A stretch of DNA of 64,000 bases, from positions 1,246-65,245 of the forward strand of contig CAYFXR010000062.1 of the NCBI GenBank assembly GCA_964347155.1, written 5' to 3'. The position numbers were made by a program, and so were the translations under genes. Origin of the DNA: an uncultured Nitrospiraceae bacterium (GTDB lineage Bacteria; Nitrospirota; Thermodesulfovibrionia; UBA6902). The stretch's first letter is position 1, and every line of letters starts with the position of its first letter. Positions 51,576 through 60,387 of this stretch are shown one piece after another. Under the pieces are notes generated by a model. It did not search any database. It saw only the letters and a program-made list of their open reading frames with translations, and had not been told where the DNA came from.

Positions 51576-52418
51576 CTAGGTGATCAGGACTTCCAGGAGC
51601 CTGTCCAATTCTTCAAGGGAGTAGTACTCGATTTCTATTTTCCCCCTTTTGTTTGATTTGTGAATCAAACGGACTTTCGTACCAAGGCTGTGCATGAGTT
51701 TCTCTTCAAGCGAGGCTATCTGAGGGTCTTTATGTGTTTTTCGTTTGGTGCGAGAGATGCTCGAAGACCCCTTTTTGCTTAATATTTCCGCCTCTCTTAC
51801 GCTTAACCCGCTGTGTATTATTTTTTTTGCAATATCAATCTGAAGCTTTTTGTTTTCAACCTGCAACAGTGCTTTTGCATGTCCTATGCTTAAAGAGCCT
51901 TCTGCGATCCACTTCTTAATCTCAGGAGGGAGTTTCAGTATCCTCAAGTAATTGGTTATGGTTGCCCGGTCTTTTCCAACTTTTTTAGAAAGGTTGTCAT
52001 GTGTTAGATTAAAATCGTTAATTAGTCTCTGAAATGCCTCTGCTGTTTCAAGCGGGTTAAGATCTTCCCTCTGGATATTCTCTATTAAGGCAATTTCAAG
52101 CGCTTCCGCCGGGGCAGCCTCTTTAACTATGGCAGGAAGGCTGGCAAGACCCACCATCCTGGCTGCCCTCCATCTTCTCTCACCTGCAATGAGCTGATAT
52201 AAGTTATGGGCAGTTTTTCTTACGATTATGGGCTGAATAATACCCTTTTCCTTAATTGATGAAACAAGTTCATTCAAGGTGTCGTCTTTAAAAATTCTTC
52301 TTGGCTGGTATTCATTCGGTTTAATTGATTTTATATCCAGTTCGAGTATTTCTCTTGTCTTATTTTTTTCTTTCTCGGGTATCAGGGCCGAAAGACCTTT
52401 ACCCAGTGCCGTTTTCAT
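51576..52418 (-). CDS. parB: Chromosome partitioning protein ParB.
   Basis: ParB box GERRWRAA and an HTH region. Overlaps parA. Confidence 0.9.
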   Translation of the reverse strand: MKTALGKGLSALIPEKEKNKTREILELDIKSIKPNEYQPRRIFKDDTLNELVSSIKEKGIIQPIIVRKTAHNLYQLIAGERRWRAARMVGLASLPAIVKEAAPAEALEIALIENIQREDLNPLETAEAFQRLINDFNLTHDNLSKKVGKDRATITNYLRILKLPPEIKKWIAEGSLSIGHAKALLQVENKKLQIDIAKKIIHSGLSVREAEILSKKGSSSISRTKRKTHKDPQIASLEEKLMHSLGTKVRLIHKSNKRGKIEIEYYSLEELDRLLEVLIT

Positions 52419-53172
52419 TTCCCATTATCTCCTGTGCAAGTTCTAAGTAACTCAGAGCACCTTTTGAGCGGATGTCATAAAAAATAACCGGTTTCCCGTG
52501 ACTCGGTGCCTCGGCAAGTGTTACATTTCTTGGAATAACCGTTTTATATACCTTGTCTCCAAAATGCTTCCTCAGTTCATCAGTTACCTGGTGTGTGAGT
52601 GTGTTTCTCACATCAAACATGGTAAGCAAAATTCCCTCTATCTCGAGCAAAGGATTGAGGGAGTCTTTTACCAGATTAAACGTCTTGAGTAACATACTGA
52701 TCCCTTCAAGAGCATAGTATTCGCATTGCAGTGGTATTAACAGGCTGTCAGCAGCAACAAGTGCATTCAGGGTTAAAAGACTGAGAGACGGAGGACAGTC
52801 TATAAAAATATAGTCGAACTGATGTTTAATCGGTTCCAGGGCACTTTTCAGGATTGACTCTCTTTGATCTTTTGCTGTAAGCTCAAGTTCAGCACCGATA
52901 AGCTCTATATTTGATGAGATAATTTTAAGGCGTTCAATACCTGTTTCCTGAATAATCTCTTCCAGGGTTTTTGTTTCGGTGTAAAGGTCGTAGAGACTGC
53001 TGGTGAGATTACTTTTATCTATGCCCAATCCGCTTGTTGAATTAGCCTGGGGATCTGTATCTATAAGCAGGACATTTTTTTTGAAAGCAGCCAGTGAAGC
53101 GGTTATGTTAATGGCTGATGTAGTTTTTCCAACGCCTCCTTTTTGGTTGGCTATTGCTGTTACCTTTCCCAC
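52399..53172 (-). CDS. parA: Chromosome partitioning ATPase ParA/Soj.
   Basis: Deviant Walker A KGGVGKTT. 257 aa. Confidence 0.9.
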   Translation of the reverse strand: MGKVTAIANQKGGVGKTTSAINITASLAAFKKNVLLIDTDPQANSTSGLGIDKSNLTSSLYDLYTETKTLEEIIQETGIERLKIISSNIELIGAELELTAKDQRESILKSALEPIKHQFDYIFIDCPPSLSLLTLNALVAADSLLIPLQCEYYALEGISMLLKTFNLVKDSLNPLLEIEGILLTMFDVRNTLTHQVTDELRKHFGDKVYKTVIPRNVTLAEAPSHGKPVIFYDIRSKGALSYLELAQEIMGNENGTG

Positions 53173-54362
53173 TATGCTCCGTCCTGAATAAATTTAAAAC
53201 CTTTTTTGATGGATAGTTCCGCCCTTGCGAGTTCTTTACCCAGATAGGCAGCATGGCTTAGCTCTTTTACCCATTTATTATTAATAATTGTCAAATAAAC
53301 ATCCCGGCTGCTCTTGCCTTCTATTTTTCTCAGCAATTTATTGTCATAAGAATAGTGCTCGACTAAAATACTTCCATTCTTTTTTGATGGAAGGATAACG
53401 AAATAGCCTGCTTTGTCTAATTTTATTGATGATTTATTTTGTTTTTTAGCCGTGATTTTGGGAATAGGTGTAACTGGTTTTAAAAGAGGTTTGGACATGG
53501 TAGTTTGGTCGTTGCAGTCACCATGGCATCCACAACTTGATACATTTTTTGCCCCCCTGGAAACAAGGCCCTGACCGGTATTTCTAACGAGGCTTACAGG
53601 AGATAACCTTTGAGAAAGTTCCTTGATTCTCTTGGCCAATGTTCTTGAGTTTTCACACCCGATTTGATCATCAATATAAATTTGTTTGCGGAAATTATCT
53701 ATATCCGAACGTGTTACATTTTTTAATATAGGACGTCTTGCTTTTGACCCTATAATACGCATGTTTTTATCCACGCCATTTTTCCAGAGGGCAAGCAAAG
53801 TGTTTCCGCTTTGGTGCCCTTCCGGATCCTTTCCTGCCACAATTAAGGAATGAATAGAGGTATTTGAAATAACATTTTTTACTATTTTATCGATCCCTAT
53901 ATTCTCGGTTTCTGTTTTGCCGACTATGCAGAGTCCAGGGGGGCTGAGCCTGGCCAGCTTTTCTTCCAATTTAACGCTCGCAAGCGTAGAAACTGCTACA
54001 GAAGCGGATTTATCCAGTACCGTATATTCGCCTTCAACAGGCGGCCAAGAATTATCACGTGCTTTTAGATCACAGGTTGACAATGTTGCCGAGGCTAAAG
54101 ATGGATATTTTGATGTCAGTATATTCATTGCTTCTGGTGGTATACAGTATTTGCAGCCAAAACACGCGTACTCAAGAGGTTCAAGCTTGTCAAACCATTC
54201 ATTTACATTTCGAAGCAGTACTTTTGCATCCTTTTGTTCCAGTAAAGGAAGAAAGGTTTTCAGGTTTTCAAGAGTTCCCCTCATGCAGCCACACTTTCTG
54301 CATTTGGAAAGTCGCATGCCTCTTTGAAGTTCTGAGTGGACCTTTTTAAAAGGAGGATTCAT
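53172..54362 (-). CDS. MtrA-like (tetrahydromethanopterin S-methyltransferase subunit A homolog) putative corrinoid-binding protein. It has an N-terminal Cys-rich motif and a C-terminal DUF4346-like domain.
   Basis: The central region WPPVEGEYTVLDKSASVAVSTLAS ... ENIGIDKIVKNVISNTSIHSLIVAGKDPEGHQSGNTLLALWKNGVD ... RIIGSKARRPILKN aligns by eye with methanogen MtrA ([24 protein letters not shown] ... [46 protein letters not shown] ... RIIGATGAIPFIEN, recalled sequence). This includes the His that ligates cobalamin in MtrA. The N-terminus has CRKCGC...CFGCKYC. The C-terminal AGYFVILP...HAAYLGKELARAE resembles DUF4346 (recalled). The stop overlaps the parA start. Confidence 0.55.
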   Translation of the reverse strand: MNPPFKKVHSELQRGMRLSKCRKCGCMRGTLENLKTFLPLLEQKDAKVLLRNVNEWFDKLEPLEYACFGCKYCIPPEAMNILTSKYPSLASATLSTCDLKARDNSWPPVEGEYTVLDKSASVAVSTLASVKLEEKLARLSPPGLCIVGKTETENIGIDKIVKNVISNTSIHSLIVAGKDPEGHQSGNTLLALWKNGVDKNMRIIGSKARRPILKNVTRSDIDNFRKQIYIDDQIGCENSRTLAKRIKELSQRLSPVSLVRNTGQGLVSRGAKNVSSCGCHGDCNDQTTMSKPLLKPVTPIPKITAKKQNKSSIKLDKAGYFVILPSKKNGSILVEHYSYDNKLLRKIEGKSSRDVYLTIINNKWVKELSHAAYLGKELARAELSIKKGFKFIQDGA

Positions 54363-54688
54363 GACAGTATTATGTATGATGATATTAAAAACTTCAACTA
54401 AAGGTAAATGATAAAATTATTTCAGATGTTTCTATTTCAATGTGTATCGGTTTGTTATATCTGAATTGAGCAATTTAATTTCATTAAGATATGCAAGGCA
54501 GGTGAAAAAATACATTGCGATACCTCTATGTAAGTATTGTCTTGCCTTTATAATCTTCACTCTTTAAGTGAAAGACTAACTATAGCATTCATATAATTCC
54601 AATATCCAATCGCATTATGAAATTTTGAACCTGACTTGCATATCTATCTAATATAAGAATCGCTCAATTTAGGTTATAATAAAAAAAT

Positions 54689-56218
54689 ATGAGCTTCGTT
54701 ACTTATCAAAGATTAAAGACTCAATGGGGTAAGGTCAAAAGCTGCATAGAGATTGCTGATATTGCATATATTATTATACGACTCATAATTCTTTGGGGTG
54801 GGATTGCATGGATTGTATTCAGTGATATATCAATTGAGACATTTGGAGATGTCAGTAAGCTCTTTATTTACTTTGTTACCTATAGTTTTTTTATCTATGT
54901 ATTGTTGTTTTTTTATCCGGAGAAAAAGAAAAACATTTACGGTCTTAGCCTTTTCTTTGACATTTCATATGCATCCCTTCTTGTCAGGGTAACCGGTGGA
55001 TTTGACAGCCATTTTTTTAATGGGTTTTATTTAGTAACAGCCCTTTATTCTTTTAAGTTTGGTCCTGGACTCGGAGCAGCAATAGCTGCGACATCTGCAG
55101 TACTCTATCTTGCATGCGGTAGCTTTGATTTCAATAAACTTCACTGGACCGATTTTTCTGTCAGGGTTGCTTTTTTGTTTTTATTGGCGCTACCGATTGG
55201 CATACTTTCTCAGAAACTAAGAAGAGATAAGGACAAAATAGAGATTCTTAACAAACACCTGGAAGAATCTATTGAAGAACTGCGAAATGTCCAGGTAAAA
55301 CTTATTCAGATTGAGAAACTGTCTGCTTTGGGCAGGCTGACTGCAGACGTTGCCCATGAGATAAGAAATCCGCTGACGTCCATAGGTGGTTTTGCAAGAC
55401 GTCTTAATAAGAAGTTATCGCATGGGTCTAGAGAAAAAGAATATGCAGATATTGTTGTATCTGAGGTAGATAGATTGGAACGGATACTCAGAGATGTCCT
55501 GACGTTTTCGAGAGAAGCAAAATTTAACATTGAATATCAGGAAATAAAAGGGACTATAAAAGATTCCATCCAGGCTTTTGTTGGCATATGCAATGAGCAA
55601 GGAATACAGATAGAAGAAAAGCTGGATTCATCACTTCCTGAGATATTGATTGACAGAGATCAGGTGAGACAGGCAATGGATAATCTTATTTCTAACTCAA
55701 TAGATGTCATGTCTGAAGGAGGTAAACTTGTAATAAAGATCTGTATGGATACATTATATGAGGTTAATTATGTAGTAGTAGAGGTTACCGACACAGGTCC
55801 TGGCATACCCTATGAAAAAATAGATATGATATTTGAACCATTTTATACTACAAAAGAGATAGGGGCGGGGACAGGACTCGGTCTTGCACTTTGTAAAAAG
55901 ATTATGGATGAACACAATGGATTAATATTTGTGGAAAGTGAAACAAACAAAGGCACAACCTTCAAAATGTATTTTCCTTATCAGAGTAAAGAGGATGAGG
56001 CCAAGATAAAATGCTGGGAATTCCACAAGTGTGGCGTGGAAAAGGCAGAAGGAGCGGTGCAAATGAGATGCCCTGCTTACCCTCATTATGGGCGCATATG
56101 CTGGGCTGTAGCAGGTACTTTTTGCGGGAAGAGGGTAAGCGGAGCTGTCGCACAAAAGCTGGGGGACTGCAGAAAGTGTGAATTTTATAAGCATGTAGCT
56201 GTAAGAAAAGACATGTAA
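54689..56218 (+). CDS. Sensor histidine kinase with an N-terminal polytopic membrane domain and an unusual C-terminal 7-Cys domain.
   Basis: About 6 TM helices, HisKA H-box HEIRNPLTSIGGFARRL, HATPase_c (N, G1, G2 boxes: DNLISNSID, TDTGPGI, GAGTGLGL). The tail is KCWEFHKCGVEKAEGAVQMRCPAYPHYGRICWAVAGTFCGKRVSGAVAQKLGDCRKCEFYKH. No cognate response regulator is adjacent. Confidence 0.85.
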   Translation: MSFVTYQRLKTQWGKVKSCIEIADIAYIIIRLIILWGGIAWIVFSDISIETFGDVSKLFIYFVTYSFFIYVLLFFYPEKKKNIYGLSLFFDISYASLLVRVTGGFDSHFFNGFYLVTALYSFKFGPGLGAAIAATSAVLYLACGSFDFNKLHWTDFSVRVAFLFLLALPIGILSQKLRRDKDKIEILNKHLEESIEELRNVQVKLIQIEKLSALGRLTADVAHEIRNPLTSIGGFARRLNKKLSHGSREKEYADIVVSEVDRLERILRDVLTFSREAKFNIEYQEIKGTIKDSIQAFVGICNEQGIQIEEKLDSSLPEILIDRDQVRQAMDNLISNSIDVMSEGGKLVIKICMDTLYEVNYVVVEVTDTGPGIPYEKIDMIFEPFYTTKEIGAGTGLGLALCKKIMDEHNGLIFVESETNKGTTFKMYFPYQSKEDEAKIKCWEFHKCGVEKAEGAVQMRCPAYPHYGRICWAVAGTFCGKRVSGAVAQKLGDCRKCEFYKHVAVRKDM

Positions 56219-56297
56219 TATCATGGGAGCGGTTTACTTTTCCACGTGTTTTATCATAGAATGTGATGGTTACTATTTTTGATATTTGATCTCATAA

Positions 56298-56373
56298 GGG
56301 CCCATAGCTCAGTTGGAAGAGCTACCGGCTCATAACCGGTTGGTCCCAGGTTCGAGCCCTGGTGGGCCCACCA
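56298..56373 (+). tRNA. tRNA with a CAT anticodon: tRNA-Met (or tRNA-Ile2 if lysidinylated), 76 nt with an encoded CCA.
   Basis: Cloverleaf read directly: acceptor GGGCCCA/TGGGCCC, D-arm GCTCAGTTGGAAGAGC, anticodon stem ACCGG/CCGGT with loop CTCATAA, T-arm CCAGGTTCGAGCCCTGG. Confidence 0.85.
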
Positions 56374-56469
56374 AGATGAGTCTTTCGGACTCTGATTAAC
56401 AGTATAAAAAGAAAAATTTTTTGTTAATGAATCTCAAATCGCTGTTTATTACTTCTCCTGGAGGTAAAA

Positions 56470-57219
56470 TTGGATGAGCAACTAAAACTTTTAGTTGAGC
56501 TTCAGGAAATAGATTCTTCTATCCTTTCAATAGCTGAAAAAATTGAAAAGCTTCCAAAAAATTTAGAACAATTTGAAAATACCCTTAAAGAAACAAAAGC
56601 TTCCTTTCAGAAAGTTAATACCAAGTTCGAAAACCTGAACAAAAATAAAAAAGATAAAGAATTTGAGTTAGAAGAAATTCAGGAAAAAATTAACAAACTT
56701 AAATCCAGAAGCAGTGAAATTAAGACCAACAAGGAATATGAGGCGCATCTTAAAGAAATAGAAGGGGTTGAAAAGAATAAATATCGGATTGAGGATGAGA
56801 TCCTTTCTTTAATGGAAGATATTGAGGATTTAACGAAAGATTTACAAAAGGAAGATTTGAAAGTTAAGAAGGCAGAGGTTGAAGTTACACAGCAGGTGAA
56901 GGCACTAGAGGAGGAGAAAAAAAAGTTACATTCAGATATGGAAATGCATAAGGCAAAGAGAAAGGACTTTGTTACACGGATTAATGAGGAAACGTATGGT
57001 CAGTATATGAATCTTTTGAAAAGATCAGGAGGATTAGCAGTTGTACCTACAAAAAACGAGGTCTGTCTGGGATGTAATACCAATATACCGCCACAATTGT
57101 ATAATGATATAAAAAAGAATGACGATCTTTATACCTGTTACTATTGCAAGAGATTCCTGTATTATCAAGAACCTATCTCAGTTGATGAGAAATCTAAACA
57201 AGCCCCCCCGGCATCATGA
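56470..57219 (+). CDS. Coiled-coil zinc-ribbon protein (DUF164 / C4-type Zn-ribbon family).
   Basis: A 200-aa heptad-rich coiled coil, then CLGCNTNIPPQ...CYYCKRFLY, which is a C4 zinc ribbon. It overlaps rnhA downstream, a conserved gene pair. Confidence 0.7.
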   Translation: MDEQLKLLVELQEIDSSILSIAEKIEKLPKNLEQFENTLKETKASFQKVNTKFENLNKNKKDKEFELEEIQEKINKLKSRSSEIKTNKEYEAHLKEIEGVEKNKYRIEDEILSLMEDIEDLTKDLQKEDLKVKKAEVEVTQQVKALEEEKKKLHSDMEMHKAKRKDFVTRINEETYGQYMNLLKRSGGLAVVPTKNEVCLGCNTNIPPQLYNDIKKNDDLYTCYYCKRFLYYQEPISVDEKSKQAPPAS

Positions 57220-57692
57220 TGATAATTAGAAGCAGGTCAAAGCAACATGACTTGTCTGATACCGGGTATGCGGTTATGTATTGCGACGGTGCATCCAGTG
57301 GTAATCCAGGCAGGGCCGGAATAGGGGTAGTAATAAAACTTTCAGATAATGATGCTCACCGTTTGGGGAAAAATAAGCATTACAGGATATCAGGTTATAT
57401 AGGAATTACTACAAATAATGTTGCTGAATATTCAGCATTGATAAAGGGGCTTGAAAAATCGAAATCATTAGGGATAAAAAATATAAAAATTTTTCTGGAT
57501 TCGGAGCTGCTGGTAAGACAGTTAAACGGAATTTACAGTGTGAAGAGTAAAAATTTGATCCCTTTATGGATTAAGGCAATTAATATGTTAAAAGATTTTG
57601 ACAATAGTGTAATCGCCCATATTCCGAGGGAAATGAATAAGTATGCAGATTCGCTTGCAAGGCAGGCTGTTAAAAAAGCAAGAATAAAGTAA
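57216..57692 (+). CDS. rnhA: Ribonuclease HI.
   Basis: Contains YCDGASSGNPGRAGIGVV, with conserved DEDD residues in an RNase H fold. Confidence 0.9.
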   Translation: MMIIRSRSKQHDLSDTGYAVMYCDGASSGNPGRAGIGVVIKLSDNDAHRLGKNKHYRISGYIGITTNNVAEYSALIKGLEKSKSLGIKNIKIFLDSELLVRQLNGIYSVKSKNLIPLWIKAINMLKDFDNSVIAHIPREMNKYADSLARQAVKKARIK

Positions 57693-58027
57693 AGCATATT
57701 ATTTTTTACTGGACAGGAATTATCTAAACTGTTATAATTCCATATTGCTTCTTAGTAAACTTGTTTGTACAATTCTTATTATTTTGATCCAGGATTTACT
57801 AATGTGAATAAGAATAGTATTGTTTTTTTAATATATTGATGTTACAGCAGGTGTAAGTATTTGAAAAATAAAAATATATTGATGTAAATAAAATAATCAA
57901 TAGTGTAAACAAGAGAAACATATTGCCATTGAGATAAGTCTTTAGAAAAATATAATAATTTTTTGGTTATTTTTGGTTGCAGCGGCGGCGGTTGAAACCC
58001 CTGAATAGTTAGGCACATAGCTTGACA

Positions 58028-58062
58028 AAAAAGGCGGTGAATTTAACCCCGCCTTTTTTTAT
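58028..58062. terminator. Bidirectional rho-independent terminator (AAAAAAGGCGGTGAATTTAACCCCGCCTTTTTTT).
   Basis: GC stem GGCGG/CCGCC flanked by an A-run and a T-run. It lies downstream of rnhA (+) and of the DUF368 gene (-). Confidence 0.5.
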
Positions 58063-58113
58063 CTTTTTCCGAGGCCAACCAGCAAATCGCAATTCAGGAT
58101 ATTCTCTTGATTT

Positions 58114-59130
58114 TCAACTATTTTTTTGCAGTCTTTGTTTGTTTTCCAGCCAAATAAATAAAGCGACAATTGTACCTCCTAAGACCATAGATCCTATAGT
58201 TAACATTTCACTGCCACCCCAGGAATAGGGCAATTGGTTCGTGAAATAAATTTTTTCTTTACCGATTGTTATGCTTGATTTAAAAGGCCAGATCGCCCAA
58301 AGCGATCCAATTACCAGACCCAGCAGAAAATACATGGTCTGATCATGCCATTTTTTTAGTAAAAGATTTAGAAATCTTGTAAATAAAAGAATTCCTATAA
58401 TACAGCCTAGAGCAAAAACAAGTAATAAAAGAAAATCGCGATAGGTTATTGCTTTTAAAAGTTCAAAATATGCCCCCATGAGTAACAAAATAAAAGAACC
58501 ACTAATTCCCGGAAGGATCATTGCTGAAATTGCAACTGCTCCTGCTATAAACATAAGCATTAGATGAAAAGGGCTGTGTTTAACCCTTGATAATTGTGAA
58601 TGTTCTTCTTGGGCCAGTTTCTTCGCCATTTTAATTTCGTATTTCTTCTGTTCTTTTTGAACCATTGTTTCACCACTCATGGTATTGGAAAGCATGACTA
58701 CTCCTCCCAGTGCAATCAGAGCAATCAAAACGCCTGTTACAGTATGTTTTTTAATCAATTTAAATGGTACCCAGGCTGAAACTGCAACAAGCCCGAAAAA
58801 GAAGCCATAGGTCGGATCATGTTGATTATCAAGCAAATATGTCATAACATTAGCCAATGCAATTATTGCGAGAAAGGCTCCTCCGCCAATTTCTGTCAGA
58901 AAAAAGGCATCGATCCTTTTCATTTCAGTCCAAAAATCATCCCAAGCATTTTTATTGAGTTTCAACAAGCCAAAACAGGATTTTAAGGTTCGAAATGAAA
59001 CATTATGAATTGCAGCAATTAAACGTTCATATATTCCCAGAGCCAAGGCCATAGTTCCTCCAGATACTCCAGGAATAATGTTTGCAACTCCAATGACCGC
59101 ACCTTTTAAAAACAGCTTTATTATTTGCAT
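58114..59130 (-). CDS. DUF368-family polytopic membrane protein, a putative undecaprenyl-phosphate translocase (PopT-like).
   Basis: The N-terminus FLKGAVIGVANIIPGVSGGTMALALGIYERL and an internal repeat (IAGAVAISAMILPGISGSFILLLMG) match the duplicated DUF368 motif. Confidence 0.75.
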   Translation of the reverse strand: MQIIKLFLKGAVIGVANIIPGVSGGTMALALGIYERLIAAIHNVSFRTLKSCFGLLKLNKNAWDDFWTEMKRIDAFFLTEIGGGAFLAIIALANVMTYLLDNQHDPTYGFFFGLVAVSAWVPFKLIKKHTVTGVLIALIALGGVVMLSNTMSGETMVQKEQKKYEIKMAKKLAQEEHSQLSRVKHSPFHLMLMFIAGAVAISAMILPGISGSFILLLMGAYFELLKAITYRDFLLLLVFALGCIIGILLFTRFLNLLLKKWHDQTMYFLLGLVIGSLWAIWPFKSSITIGKEKIYFTNQLPYSWGGSEMLTIGSMVLGGTIVALFIWLENKQRLQKNS

Positions 59131-59218
59131 ATAATCTCCTTTAATTTACCTCGATAGAAAGCACTGCTGTATATAATATGTATGACCTCAAGACCTTTAG
59201 CATGCAACCTAAACTCTC

Positions 59219-59258
59219 ATACCCCTAAGGGGCACCACTAAGAATGAAAATGCTCTTG
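59219..59258 (-). repeat. Family D module copy (CCCCTAAGGGGCACCACTAAGAATGAAAATGCTCTTG).
   Basis: Matches 32815-32850 (CCCTAAAGGACACCACTAAGAGTGAAAATGCCCTTG). Its reverse complement matches 9398-9432. Confidence 0.7.
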
Positions 59259-59451
59259 AATAAAGGTTTTTTACTCTTTTAAGAAAACTCATATAATTAT
59301 CTTAGTCGGCTCGTAAAAAAAGACCACTTATTATACACTATTATTAAATACTTACAAAGATTTGTTTCACAAGCCAAATAATAATTTTGAGAAATACAAT
59401 TCACTAAAGAATGGTTGAGAAAAGCCGTATTCTAATATCAAGGAGCAGTCG

Positions 59452-60153
59452 ATGAGAAAAAATAATTTTTGCTACTTTTTATTCATTTTTTTATTGTGTA
59501 TTTTGTTTCCAGCATGTGCAACAATTCCCAGGACAACAGAAAATGAAATACCTGAGAAGATAGAGCCTTCAGTGGAGACGGAAGATACGGAAAAAGAATA
59601 TATTCCAACAGAAGAGGAAACAAAATCACTTGAACTGTTCACAGCAATACTGGAACTTTTTGAATCATCCGAAGATAGGCGATCCGTACTTCCTCAAGCA
59701 GAGGAACTCTATGAAAAAATTATCAGGGAGTATCCTGAAACACCTCTTGCTCAGGAAAGTTATTGGAAGCTCATTATGATGTATCTGGAAGATTATTCTC
59801 CTCCGGCCTTTGAAAAAGCAGAAGCCCGTTATTATGAATTTTTAAAGAAGTATCCTCGCTCTTTCTTAAAGGACACTGTCAATGATATGCTTGGCAAAAA
59901 TTATTATAAAAATGCGGAGTGGGAGCGACTCTTGAAGCTGTGTACACCCTCATACAGGGAATTCGTTGAGGGGGGGAAGCGTCCGAGGGCAGCTATGTTG
60001 TTTATGTACTCTGAAGCAAATTATAATATGGGTAATATGTTAGATGCAGAGAAAGGCTATGAAATTGTGGCAGAATTGTTTCCAACGCTAAGCGCAGGCA
60101 AGAAATCAAAATCAAGGCTTAAAGAGATAAGGCAAAACAAAGAGTCAAAATGA
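59452..60153 (+). CDS. Lipoprotein with TPR-like helical repeats; hypothetical.
   Basis: Lipobox LFPACAT, an acidic linker, then three or four helix-turn-helix repeats containing W/Y and LP-x-A. Confidence 0.5.
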   Translation: MRKNNFCYFLFIFLLCILFPACATIPRTTENEIPEKIEPSVETEDTEKEYIPTEEETKSLELFTAILELFESSEDRRSVLPQAEELYEKIIREYPETPLAQESYWKLIMMYLEDYSPPAFEKAEARYYEFLKKYPRSFLKDTVNDMLGKNYYKNAEWERLLKLCTPSYREFVEGGKRPRAAMLFMYSEANYNMGNMLDAEKGYEIVAELFPTLSAGKKSKSRLKEIRQNKESK

Positions 60154-60387
60154 CCTCATTTTATCCCCAAATTGTGTAAAATCACACTCTTTCTGGGGTA
60201 TTTCAAACACCAACTAATGTAACAGGAAAATTAAAGTGTAAATTTACTTGACATTTTTGTTTAATTTATTTACACTTAAATTATACAAAGATTCTCTCTT
60301 TTTGGGGCATGTTTTTTGCATTAACATAAATGAGGAGTGTGAAATAATTATGTATAAATTAAAAAAAATGAGAGGGCTCATTAATTA

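Noticed and set aside
57700-58027. Considered a possible small RNA or riboswitch in the 400-bp AT-rich gap between rnhA and the DUF368 gene (GTTGCAGCGGCGGCGGTTGAAACCCCTGAATAG...).
   Set aside because: I could not recognise a conserved structure or motif by eye. Only the bidirectional terminator at 58028-58062 is supported.
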